IMG/VR virus record: IMGVR_UViG_3300046718_000268
Strand: one strand, 5' to 3'
DNA: 62,400 nt
Source of the DNA: a virus
Below are positions 27,986-36,899 of the stretch, in pieces (the stretch's first letter is position 1; the number at the start of each line of letters is the position of its first letter). Made by a program: the position numbers and the translations under genes. The notes below the pieces were generated by a model. It was not told the origin of the DNA and did not search any database. It saw only the letters and a program-made list of their open reading frames with translations.

Positions 27986-29986
27986 TTCGGCACCAATCTT
28001 ACGTAGAATTTTCTTGCTTTCGGCAAGATAAACATCATAATCGATATCTTCAGGAAATGATTCAGGCAGGAGAAGTGCGGGCTTGCCTCCGGTCGATTTA
28101 CCGATCATATGTCCGTTTGAAGCGCGTATAATCTCCTTGCCTCGTTCTTCAATGCTATAGTACCAGCGCACAGATCGACCTAAATATTCGCCGTCCTTGA
28201 CAGCTCCATCTTTAACGGATTGAATTCGAATAAACTTACGAATATCTTTACATTTCCAAATAGTCTGCTCGAGCGGAATGCCTTCTTTTAGATAAGCTTC
28301 GACTGCGGCAATGCAAATTGTAGTTACAGGATTCTTATGAAGCTTTTTCTCAGTAGGCTCCTTCGGATCGTCCCATGGATTTGCATATGCTCCTTTACGC
28401 TTTACTTCGCCTTTTTCATCGATTGCGATATAGTTATTGATATCACGAGAGAATATGGAACGATAGTTTTTGCTCTCCGTTTGGAAACCTGTCTCATATT
28501 CCCACCATTTTGTAATTTGATTCAAGGTTGCCAATAAAGGTCGAGGACATTTAACCATCACACCATCTGTATTCGCACTAACCACAGTGATGCCTGACAT
28601 TTCAAGAGCCTCAATTAACATCAATAGAAATAGTTGTCCTCCAATTGTTACATGAAACATGCTTTTTGGCGAATACATAATTGACCAAAGATTAGCAAGT
28701 TTGCCGAATGTTCCGTTAACCACAATCTTAAGAGATTCGGCAACTGCCTTCAATCCGGCTGCTTTAGCTTTTAGTCGACGTTCTGTAATTGCTCCAAAGA
28801 TTTGTAGAAATATCGGTCCAAGATGATCTGGATAATAATTATTCAGTAGCATCAATCGCGGATAATAGGATGCAACATCTTTATCGACAAGTTGATAGTT
28901 AGCATCCGAATGATGCGCGGAGGATTTTTCTTTACTATGCAGACCGCCGATACCAAATCGATACGATGCATCCCCAATATTAATCTCTAATGCTTTGATT
29001 TGAGGAGATAGTTCGATATAACCATCTTCGCCTACTACGAACGGTGCCTGTTTAATTATTTCGAGCACTGAATTCATTAGCGGTGTTTGAAATTGAAGCG
29101 AATATGGCTTCTCGTAATAATAGACTGTTCCAGAATCGATTATAGGACGTCGAGCATGTCTATTAGTTAATCGTCTATATTCGGCACCTATAATTTGTTC
29201 TGCAATTTGTGCATCAGACTTGCTACGTAAATCAATATTATTCTCATTCGAAATCTGATAACGAAGTTCAATTTGTTCTTTCAAGCATTGATAAAGAAAT
29301 GCTGTCGATGTTGTGTCATTGACGCAATACCAGCGAACAATTGCCATCTGTTCTGGTGATAGCACAGTGTTCGGATGAAATGGCAAATCTTGCATTCGTG
29401 GAACATGCAAGCGACCGCCGTAGGTTTTCAAACTGGCAAATAGCGGCGCGACTTCAAACAAGTCAATGTGGTTAACAGCAAACGGCTTTATCTTATGACG
29501 TCTAAGAATATCGCTAGCTCTAAACTTGTGAATAATAATGTCGTCTGCGGCTTCTTTTAGAATGTCAACTTCGCAACCTTCAAGTGCCATAGATGTAATC
29601 GGTATGTCAAAATTAATACCGTTGAAAGTTACAATCGTAAAATTATTCAAAATCCATTCGAACTTGGCGTTATTGTAAGTGAACGATCGATCCAGATCTT
29701 CTTCAAAGACTACAACTTTTCCTGTAGCGAAAGAGCGGAAGATAGCAAGGAAATAATTTGGGAAAATTTCGATATCGTACATAAGATGATCATCTGCTGT
29801 AAGTGCGACAGCAAGGTCATGATTAGTCATAATCTCAACAGGAAACCGTTGAGCTTCTTCAAGATTTGGAAGATAACCCGGTTCTAACCACACTGGCTTC
29901 GGTGCTACTCGTTTCGGTCTAACGAGTGATTTCTTCTTGATCTTTGGAAGGTCTTTCCAGAAGAAGCCAATTGCATCCGGGCGCAT
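27977..29986 (-). CDS. family B DNA polymerase with 3'-5' exonuclease
   Basis: Exo I YDIEIF, Exo II NGINFDIPI, Exo III YCVNDTTS. Pol motif A DVASYYPRLML (DxxSLYPS-like), motif B KIVVNGTFGKL (KxxxNSxYG-like), motif C ANTDGV (DTDS-like). Confidence 0.85.
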   Translation of the reverse strand: MRPDAIGFFWKDLPKIKKKSLVRPKRVAPKPVWLEPGYLPNLEEAQRFPVEIMTNHDLAVALTADDHLMYDIEIFPNYFLAIFRSFATGKVVVFEEDLDRSFTYNNAKFEWILNNFTIVTFNGINFDIPITSMALEGCEVDILKEAADDIIIHKFRASDILRRHKIKPFAVNHIDLFEVAPLFASLKTYGGRLHVPRMQDLPFHPNTVLSPEQMAIVRWYCVNDTTSTAFLYQCLKEQIELRYQISNENNIDLRSKSDAQIAEQIIGAEYRRLTNRHARRPIIDSGTVYYYEKPYSLQFQTPLMNSVLEIIKQAPFVVGEDGYIELSPQIKALEINIGDASYRFGIGGLHSKEKSSAHHSDANYQLVDKDVASYYPRLMLLNNYYPDHLGPIFLQIFGAITERRLKAKAAGLKAVAESLKIVVNGTFGKLANLWSIMYSPKSMFHVTIGGQLFLLMLIEALEMSGITVVSANTDGVMVKCPRPLLATLNQITKWWEYETGFQTESKNYRSIFSRDINNYIAIDEKGEVKRKGAYANPWDDPKEPTEKKLHKNPVTTICIAAVEAYLKEGIPLEQTIWKCKDIRKFIRIQSVKDGAVKDGEYLGRSVRWYYSIEERGKEIIRASNGHMIGKSTGGKPALLLPESFPEDIDYDVYLAESKKILRKIGAELL

Positions 29987-29989
29987 GGT

Positions 29990-30172
29990 TTAACCCAATC
30001 GTGTGATGGCCTTCGTCTTACCGTACATCAGAGACGCGATAACGCGACGGATATTTAGAAGGAGTGTCCTATCCTTCTTTGCTCGAGCTGTTGCTTTGTC
30101 TATGACCTTAAGAGTGAGTTCAAGCTCATGCGTTGTCAGCCTCGCGTTCCTCATTTGATATCCACCTTCCAA
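29990..30172 (-). CDS. small hypothetical protein (start probably internal)
   Basis: ORF only. Confidence 0.3.
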   Translation of the reverse strand: MEGGYQMRNARLTTHELELTLKVIDKATARAKKDRTLLLNIRRVIASLMYGKTKAITRLG

Positions 30173-31121
30173 TGATTGCTCCGCGGAGATTATCTCCGAA
30201 GAACATGCAAGCTGCTGGATATAATGACAGATCGATACTGTGCATCGTACCTTTTAACAGCTCTAACATTGGCAAAGCGTAGCAGCCTTTATGTTGGAAG
30301 TCCAGTAACTCATAACTAGCGGCGCTTCCTTCATCGTCGTGGCTAGTCCATATCGCACCATTACGAAAATAAACTTCATTCTGCTTGTTGACGAATGGTT
30401 TGATGCTTTGTAAAGCATGAAAGAAATTCTCGGCAATAGGCTTAGGATTAGAGTCGGCTTCTAATATCTTCTTAAAGATCGAAACTTGTTCTTTCTCATA
30501 AAGTCCTGAACGAATCCATCTTCCATCAGCATAATGGAACGTGATTGAATTTTCTGTCAGTTGTGCATGAGTTGGTTCATCTTGAATTCGAATGATCTCG
30601 TCAACAGCATCATGTGGAAGATTAATTGTGAACGGCAATTGAGTACCTATCCAATACTCAACTAGACAGACGTTGTTTGTCGCAAAGCAACTTTTATCGG
30701 ATAGAAGAACTCCATTGGCCCATAGACGAGATGCATCATTACCGATAAATGGTTCAACTGCCATCAACGCTTGTCGAATTGGCGTGCCAGTGAAATGAAC
30801 AAATTCGCCTGCTGGATGGACATGAGGAGTTTCCTCATCAATACATTCAATTGTTGTTTTATACGGTCCATTGAGAATTCGAAGTTTACCATTCGGCAAC
30901 AATGACAAAGTCATCGGATATTCTTCACTGCAATGAGCGATAGCTTGAACAAGCTCTCTAGCCTTCGGCTTGCAGTCGATATCTAATGCGATTGGTGAAC
31001 ATAGACCAAGAGATCCATTATAAGCTCGAATTGTACCTTTTTCAATACAGAAATGCTTCATTGAAGGAACTAGATCTTTCTTTGCGACTGCACCTTGAAC
31101 GAAACGTAGTTCTCTGAGCAT
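30126..31121 (-). CDS. sliding-clamp-like protein (DnaN-like, putative)
   Basis: 331 aa, N-terminus MLRELRFVQGAVAKKDLVPSMKHF resembles phage beta-clamp-like proteins as recalled; adjacent to the polymerase. Confidence 0.45.
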   Translation of the reverse strand: MLRELRFVQGAVAKKDLVPSMKHFCIEKGTIRAYNGSLGLCSPIALDIDCKPKARELVQAIAHCSEEYPMTLSLLPNGKLRILNGPYKTTIECIDEETPHVHPAGEFVHFTGTPIRQALMAVEPFIGNDASRLWANGVLLSDKSCFATNNVCLVEYWIGTQLPFTINLPHDAVDEIIRIQDEPTHAQLTENSITFHYADGRWIRSGLYEKEQVSIFKKILEADSNPKPIAENFFHALQSIKPFVNKQNEVYFRNGAIWTSHDDEGSAASYELLDFQHKGCYALPMLELLKGTMHSIDLSLYPAACMFFGDNLRGAIIGRWISNEEREADNA

Positions 31122-31130
31122 CGATCCTCC

Positions 31131-31142
31131 GAAGCATGCTTC
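31131..31142. promoter_or_regulatory. isolated sixth copy of palindrome GAAGCATGCTTC, just upstream of the clamp-gene RBS
   Basis: Exact 12-mer. On the - strand it reads GAAGCATGCTTCGGAGGATCGATG, so it abuts the RBS and start of 30126..31121. Confidence 0.6.
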
Positions 31143-31154
31143 TAGAAAGCGAGT

Positions 31155-32084
31155 TTAGAAAAGCTCTTGAATCCGAACCTTAAACTTTTCGGATTGACTG
31201 GCATTGATCATCGAGTTAATCACGCCGAAAGACCAGAGGTTGTAGGCGGCTCTCGATTCATAGACTGTCGATAGACGATCGTATGTGAATCCTTGAAGCT
31301 CAAGTTGACGGAGAACATAATCTTGTTCAATCGGCGTCAATGTAGAGACATGCTGTCCCTTATCATGTCGAGCTGGAGACTTTTCAGAGACATTGATAGG
31401 TCCATGTAGAGGATTGACAATCGTACCGAATGCAGCGCTCTGAATCCAGGACGATGAATCACATGAATACCATGGATATCGTTCCATAAGTGGAACAGAT
31501 GTGATTCCGAAGCCATGAACCTTCAACTTAGGTCTGCCGGCACCGTCGATCAGATATTTATTCCATACCCGATCTAACCACACCATCAACTGTTGTGTCG
31601 AAGAACCTACCATGCCGCCTAATGTGATATAGGGATAGTTAGCGACGTAATATTCGAGATATCTTTCATCTTCTCCAGCATGGAAGCATGGCAACGGACG
31701 GAATCCACGATATTCCATTTCGAGCTGATTTCGATAAGTTTGAAGTGGGTCTCCGATGCCGTCAAGCACGGACGCCATGACAATTCCGTCAGAATCGTGT
31801 CTAAGGATATCTGTGTTCTTTTTGATGTACCCAACGTATTCCTCCACTGAGAGATTTACGCCAAGAGTGTATGCCGAAAAGGCACCACTATCAAGAAAGA
31901 TCTGAGCTTTGTTAGCACGCATTTCATCGACAAATTTTTGCTTGCCGACGTAATGCCACGATTCCAGAATATGTGGAAGTTCCCATAAGACCCAACGCTC
32001 TCGATCGTTAAGCTTCTCCCATCTAGCCTGGCCGTGCATGTATCCATTCGAATATACAGCCGCAGTATAGATGTTCATCTTCAT
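31155..32084 (-). CDS. dpdA: DpdA-like DNA-guanine transglycosylase (TGT superfamily)
   Basis: IFLDSGAFS motif typical of DpdA as recalled; about 310 aa; sits in the preQ0-synthesis cluster. Confidence 0.75.
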   Translation of the reverse strand: MKMNIYTAAVYSNGYMHGQARWEKLNDRERWVLWELPHILESWHYVGKQKFVDEMRANKAQIFLDSGAFSAYTLGVNLSVEEYVGYIKKNTDILRHDSDGIVMASVLDGIGDPLQTYRNQLEMEYRGFRPLPCFHAGEDERYLEYYVANYPYITLGGMVGSSTQQLMVWLDRVWNKYLIDGAGRPKLKVHGFGITSVPLMERYPWYSCDSSSWIQSAAFGTIVNPLHGPINVSEKSPARHDKGQHVSTLTPIEQDYVLRQLELQGFTYDRLSTVYESRAAYNLWSFGVINSMINASQSEKFKVRIQELF

Positions 32085-32605
32085 GGGCGATCTTTCTCAT
32101 CGACTAAACCCATGGCTAAAGCTGCTTGAGCACGAGGCGTATTCCAATCAACTGTGACATCTTTGATGATCCATTTCTTCTCATCATTGACGCTAGGAGG
32201 AACTAACAACTTCGCGCGAACACTGTCATAGTTGAGTTTCGCAATAATCTTATTCTTATTAAGTAAATAGCGAAGCTTTGGATCTTCATGAGCATCAGGA
32301 AACTTAGGGTCAATCCAGATCACCATAACCACAAGCGTATGTCTCACGCCGTCATTATCCATGGTAACAGTATCGGATTCTGGATGGATAACATAATGAG
32401 ACTGATCTGGTCGCTTAAGACCTTTTGCCTCATCCATCACTAGCCAGCCACAGTCCCAAAAACGACAGGAGATAGGACGATTTATGTAAATCGAACATCC
32501 AACTCCTTCTTCTTGAAAGCCACATTTATGCCCAGCCTTCTTTCCAATCTCTTCGACTGGAACAAGCTCACAGCACAGTTGACAATCTCCGCATTCCTTT
32601 TTCAT
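32081..32605 (-). CDS. YkgJ-type CxxCxxCC zinc/iron-chelating domain protein
   Basis: N-terminal CGDCQLCCE plus additional Cys (HKCG, GCS, SCRFWDCGW); 4-nt overlap with dpdA. Confidence 0.6.
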   Translation of the reverse strand: MKKECGDCQLCCELVPVEEIGKKAGHKCGFQEEGVGCSIYINRPISCRFWDCGWLVMDEAKGLKRPDQSHYVIHPESDTVTMDNDGVRHTLVVMVIWIDPKFPDAHEDPKLRYLLNKNKIIAKLNYDSVRAKLLVPPSVNDEKKWIIKDVTVDWNTPRAQAALAMGLVDEKDRP

Positions 32606-32629
32606 GTTACAATTATAGCACAGTCGGGG

Positions 32630-32704
32630 TTAACGTGCAAGCATTAAAAATTCATCACGAGCTTCGCGTTCATCTTTCATAACACCGCGTAGCGCTGACG
32701 TTAT
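32630..32704 (-). pseudogene. orphan duplicate of the folE 3' end (24 codons + stop) left downstream of the HNH gene
   Basis: - strand translation ITSALRGVMKDEREARDEFLMLAR*. The first 22 residues match the extant FolE C-terminus exactly, but 15 of the 22 codons differ synonymously. Confidence 0.75.
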
Positions 32705-33081
32705 CATCTTGGGCCTTTCCAATTCGGATTAGCTGGTCCAAATAGACGAGGTCTGACTCCTCTACCGCGGCGTTCTCTATCCTTCATATTTTTATCAGGA
32801 TCATCCAAATAAAAGCATTCCTTCTTAATACATGCTGGTTTATCACAATGATGCAAAACTTGGCAATGTTCTGGGTCTTCTTCAGGAGTTGGAATAGGAC
32901 CGATATAATGTTCATAACTTGCGCGATGAGCAAATCTAAACCATGGAATATTATCAACTGTTCCGCGCATTCTGCCATATCCATCTCGATCCTTCGCGCC
33001 AGTCCAAATATGACAACCGTCCTCATCAATTTGATACTTTTTGAGTTTTTCGCTCATTGGTTTTGAGGATCCTGCTCTCAT
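32704..33081 (-). mobile_element. HNH homing endonuclease gene inserted at the folE 3' end
   Basis: CHIWTGAKDRDGYGRM...FAHRASYEHYIGPIP...VLHHCDKPACIKKEC is an HNH_3-type signature; flanked by duplicated folE 3' ends. Confidence 0.8.
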
Positions 33082-33632
33082 TTTGAAAGCATCAAGAATT
33101 CGTCTCGGGCCTCTCGTTCATCCTTCATGACACCTCTTAAGGCGCTGGTAATCGTGTGATGACCTTGTTGACAGACACCTCTGCTCTCCATACATAGGTG
33201 GCGTGCGCGTACCAGAACGCCTACGCCGATCGGATTTAGTACGCTATGCATGGCATCTGCGATCTGATTAGTGAACCGCTCTTGAACTTGCAAACGTCGT
33301 GCGTACACATCTGATACAAGACGGGAGATTTTGCTGAGTCCGACGATTCGACCATTCGGTATGTAGCCGACGGTGGCGGTCCCGAAGAACGGTGCCATAT
33401 GATGCTCGCAATGACTGTAGAATGGTATGTCTTTTACGAGGATCATTTCGTCGACCGTCTCCGCGCCATCTTCGAAACATTTAAGAATATTCTCCGGACT
33501 GAGTTTATAGCCTGATGTAAAGAACTGCCACGCCTTAGCGACACGATACGGTGTTTCCTCCAATCCTTGACGTTGTGGATCTGGAGTAAGAATTGTCAAC
33601 ATATCATGAATAATAGCTTTGAGAGATTCCAT
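33078..33632 (-). CDS. folE: GTP cyclohydrolase I
   Basis: ETPYRVAKAW, FYSHCEHHMAPF, RLQVQERFTNQIADA motifs; start taken at MESLKAI (GGAG RBS, 2 nt after the queD stop). Confidence 0.9.
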   Translation of the reverse strand: MESLKAIIHDMLTILTPDPQRQGLEETPYRVAKAWQFFTSGYKLSPENILKCFEDGAETVDEMILVKDIPFYSHCEHHMAPFFGTATVGYIPNGRIVGLSKISRLVSDVYARRLQVQERFTNQIADAMHSVLNPIGVGVLVRARHLCMESRGVCQQGHHTITSALRGVMKDEREARDEFLMLSK

Positions 33633-33634
33633 TA

Positions 33635-34012
33635 TTAGAACTCCGGATTGCGTTTTGATATCGCCCAACAGTTCTTTGTCTCCCAGACTTGAACGCTTTC
33701 GCATATGACATTCTGAGATAGCGCACTAGCAATGCGCTCTCGAAACCAGTATGCGATAAATTCTGCTGTCGGATTTTCCAATCCTTCAATGTCGTTAAGC
33801 ATTCGATGATCACAGTAATCGATAAGCGGCAAGACTATGCGATCCAGATCGAAGAAATCTAGAATAAAACCTGTCTCCTGTATCGGTCCAGAAAGAACAA
33901 CTTCGATTTCATAGTTATGACCGTGAGGACGCTTGCACTTGTGGTTATCGGCGACATTTGGTAGCCAATGACCAGCGATGAGTTCATAACGATTTCCAAT
34001 TGTCGTTGTCAT
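33635..34012 (-). CDS. queD: 6-carboxy-5,6,7,8-tetrahydropterin synthase
   Basis: CKRPHGHNYEIEVV and CDHRMLND motifs; 125 aa. Confidence 0.9.
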   Translation of the reverse strand: MTTTIGNRYELIAGHWLPNVADNHKCKRPHGHNYEIEVVLSGPIQETGFILDFFDLDRIVLPLIDYCDHRMLNDIEGLENPTAEFIAYWFRERIASALSQNVICESVQVWETKNCWAISKRNPEF

Positions 34013-34965
34013 AGCGTTGTCCTCAAAACGAGGTTAAGAAGACTTAGATTCGCTTCACTTGTCAGACAATCGTCGATATCCGACAATTCAACGTATTTCG
34101 GATAATGTTCGTCAGCTGGATCAGCTCCAACTAATACAGCCGGCGGATAAACAAAGCCTCTGATAGCGCTAAATGTATTGCCACCTTCTCGAAGATAGAT
34201 GACAATCTTCTCATAACGCTTGCCGTAGGTGTCTCTCCATTCTCTATATCGGCGTTTGAGCGCTGCAATATGATATTCACGAACTTGTGGGTCGCAAAGA
34301 GTTCCATCCCAGTCGTAAGCATTAAAAGGATAGGTCATTTCGGCAAGTGCAGGAATAATACCCGCATTCGAAATATGGATATAATCCAATTCATTGAGCA
34401 CGCCAAGCTCATAGAGCTTCTTCCGAATAGTCGTATGGATGAAGCTCTTACTGTACGGTTTAGCATGCGAACAAATTGTCAAGAACGCAATCTTTCGACT
34501 TGAGTGATCTTCCCAAGCCTTCTTCCAATGCTCCTCGAACATGTCGACTTGCATGCGACCTACGCCTTGATAGAATAGCTTGGGGCTATGACTTGAGAAT
34601 CCTGTCTCTCGGATTATCGGTAAAGTATTAGTATTGTTCGAAATGAATTTGAAGATACTGTCGCTATTACCTTCCCAACGAATGGCATCGTCTCCAATAT
34701 AATAATCGAAGGAAGCTTTGCCGCTTTCGGTCGGATAAGGCGATTCGTTGATATGGTTAACAAACGATATAAGATTGTTATCGGTCAACCATTTTCTAAC
34801 CACATACTCGGGTCTTGTCGTCCAGACGCAAGTTGTGTGCCGAGCACGAAAAAGCATCTTGAGCAAACGAACTGCACGAAGGTCAGGTTCGCCTATTGCT
34901 TCTCCACTATCCCATTTAACAAATCGGGCGAGTGTTCCATCGAGGTCGAGACCGATGACTGACAT
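34009..34965 (-). CDS. fusion protein: N-terminal HAD-like phosphatase fold + C-terminal ArcS-signature (DUF5591-like) domain
   Basis: N-terminus GLDLDGTLA (HAD motif I). C-terminal ICSHAKPYSKSFIH fits the ArcS signature PC-X3-KPY-X2-S-X2-H as recalled. Confidence 0.6.
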   Translation of the reverse strand: MSVIGLDLDGTLARFVKWDSGEAIGEPDLRAVRLLKMLFRARHTTCVWTTRPEYVVRKWLTDNNLISFVNHINESPYPTESGKASFDYYIGDDAIRWEGNSDSIFKFISNNTNTLPIIRETGFSSHSPKLFYQGVGRMQVDMFEEHWKKAWEDHSSRKIAFLTICSHAKPYSKSFIHTTIRKKLYELGVLNELDYIHISNAGIIPALAEMTYPFNAYDWDGTLCDPQVREYHIAALKRRYREWRDTYGKRYEKIVIYLREGGNTFSAIRGFVYPPAVLVGADPADEHYPKYVELSDIDDCLTSEANLSLLNLVLRTTL

Positions 34966-35987
34966 GCAACATTCTCCGCGATTTGTAGAACTTGAGTGAA
35001 TCTGTCAAGCTCTTCCGATGTAGTAACGAACGACGGGCCAACCCTAATATACGGCTTATGCCACGAGATTACAAGCCTATAATGTTCGAACACTTTTCGA
35101 AATTTGTCGTAATTGCCGTCGACTAATTTAAAGCCGAATGCGCCTAGACCATAGAAGCCAAGATCTTGTAGGCGTCGTTGAATATAATTGACACGAAACC
35201 CAAGTTCAATCTCCTCCTGAATTAAGTGAGATAGAACTCGAAGGCCAATGGTTGAGGTGAGGTTGTTGCCACCGCAAGTTGTGTTTAACCCTGTGGGCGG
35301 CACCGTGCGAATCGCTTTGTAGTGGCCCCCTAGCAGCGCTAACGGTGCGCCTTGTGCTATACCCTTACCGGCAATTACCATGTCTGCACTGCGGTTCATA
35401 AATCGAACACCGCAACGCATGAAGCTAGTAATCATTTCGTCGGCTACGAGAGTTGCGCCATATATATCGCACATTTCACGAAGTCGTCTTTCGTCCGGCA
35501 TATGCCCAGACCAGCCCTGAATCGGCTCATAAAAAAGCATGTCGAAGGATGGTACATGATTGGCATTTGGGTCGATTGTAATAAGCTCGATTGGATTACC
35601 CCAAGGCACATCATATCGAGCGCAAGACATCGATATAGACTTACCATGGAACGAGTTTTGAAGAACTGCAACTTTCGGCAGTCTTTTAATTGCAGTGGCA
35701 GTGATTTGGATGGCACGTTCGACTGCTTCGGCTCCAGTGTTGACTAGCAACCATTCGAAACGTGAATCGTAATGATGAAGAAGTTCACATAGCAGTCTTG
35801 CATTTTCCGCAGGACGATCGTAAGTGTTAATGAGACCAGACATAATAACATCGTTTAGTGCGTCATCTACAACTTTCGAACCATGTCCGAGAGACACATT
35901 CAAAATACCGCTGAGCATATCCAACCATTTAAGATTGAACTTGTCGACGATAACATTTCCGTGTGCTGATTTCATCATTTTCTGCAC
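34893..35987 (-). CDS. class-III (PLP-dependent) aminotransferase
   Basis: NTGAEAVERAIQI, FHGKS, ADEMITSFMRCG, ADMVIAGKGIAQGAPL (candidate PLP-lysine) motifs; overlaps both neighbouring genes. Confidence 0.8.
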   Translation of the reverse strand: MQKMMKSAHGNVIVDKFNLKWLDMLSGILNVSLGHGSKVVDDALNDVIMSGLINTYDRPAENARLLCELLHHYDSRFEWLLVNTGAEAVERAIQITATAIKRLPKVAVLQNSFHGKSISMSCARYDVPWGNPIELITIDPNANHVPSFDMLFYEPIQGWSGHMPDERRLREMCDIYGATLVADEMITSFMRCGVRFMNRSADMVIAGKGIAQGAPLALLGGHYKAIRTVPPTGLNTTCGGNNLTSTIGLRVLSHLIQEEIELGFRVNYIQRRLQDLGFYGLGAFGFKLVDGNYDKFRKVFEHYRLVISWHKPYIRVGPSFVTTSEELDRFTQVLQIAENVACQSSVSTSMEHSPDLLNGIVEKQ

Positions 35988-36736
35988 TCATCATAATTGG
36001 TGGTTTTTGGAAGTTCCATCAATCCTTCGCTCCATGCTCTAACCACAAGTGGATCCGGCAGTCCAGCTTTTTCAAAACCGTCTGCTCGGAGCACGTTAGC
36101 GTGATTCATGTCGGTAGGCGGATATTTGCCGTCATACGACGTATGCGTATAGGCTAGAGCTTCCCAACATCCAGGAAGCCCTTTTGCCATTCGAACCGTA
36201 TCAGCTTTAGACAGGTCCATGAGCGGTGTATGAATTCGGATAGGACGAGTACCTCGATGATCATGACCCAACGCGGCATTGATATAATCTTGTGTGCGTC
36301 GGATAAATTCATAACGGCAATCGTCATAGTTGGCATTATCCATCTGACAGACGCCGATGACAATGCTACTGATTCCCCATGCCTCAGCGCGGTTCGCAGC
36401 TATGGTGAGGAACAATGCATTACGCATCGGAACAAACGTCAATTCTCTGCGATCGCCGATGGTCTTTTCCATCTGCTCTGCGTTTTCGTAACGCTCGAGA
36501 GACTGCGACGAATCAACTAATGGTGATTTACTGATTAATTCAGCAGTGTGAATTAAACTCCAAGTCTTAACTTTCGCCATTGCTGTAACTTCTTCAGCTG
36601 CACGAATTTCACGAATATGGGTCTGCCCATAATCGAAAGTAATAGCATGAACTTCTTCGAACATGAACTTAGCCCAGAAGAGGCATGTCGTCGAATCCTG
36701 TCCACCGGAGAGAATTACGAGAGCTTTACTTGACAT
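35975..36736 (-). CDS. queC: 7-cyano-7-deazaguanine synthase-like (QueC family), C-terminal Zn-Cys cluster apparently absent
   Basis: ALVILSGGQDSTTCL PP-loop. The C-terminal SYDGKYPPTDMNHANVLRADGF occupies the place of the usual C..C..C..C motif. Confidence 0.8.
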   Translation of the reverse strand: MSSKALVILSGGQDSTTCLFWAKFMFEEVHAITFDYGQTHIREIRAAEEVTAMAKVKTWSLIHTAELISKSPLVDSSQSLERYENAEQMEKTIGDRRELTFVPMRNALFLTIAANRAEAWGISSIVIGVCQMDNANYDDCRYEFIRRTQDYINAALGHDHRGTRPIRIHTPLMDLSKADTVRMAKGLPGCWEALAYTHTSYDGKYPPTDMNHANVLRADGFEKAGLPDPLVVRAWSEGLMELPKTTNYDECRK

Positions 36737-36899
36737 TGTCCCTCTCTTTAATCATTCGAAGTTTAAGGTCATACAAATATACACGGATTAGTTGGGCATC
36801 AGCAAGCGTTAATTTTTGCAGAGCAGTGATGTCATTACCTTTAACGATTTCTTCAAAGATCCGAAGCAAATCATTAATTGGTGTAAGATTGTTCGGCAT
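36726..36899 (-). CDS. small hypothetical protein (57 aa)
   Basis: Hand translation MPNNLTPINDLLRIFEEIVKGNDITALQKLTLADAQLIRVYLYDLKLRMIKERDNVK; coupled to both neighbours. Confidence 0.35.
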   Translation of the reverse strand: MPNNLTPINDLLRIFEEIVKGNDITALQKLTLADAQLIRVYLYDLKLRMIKERDNVK

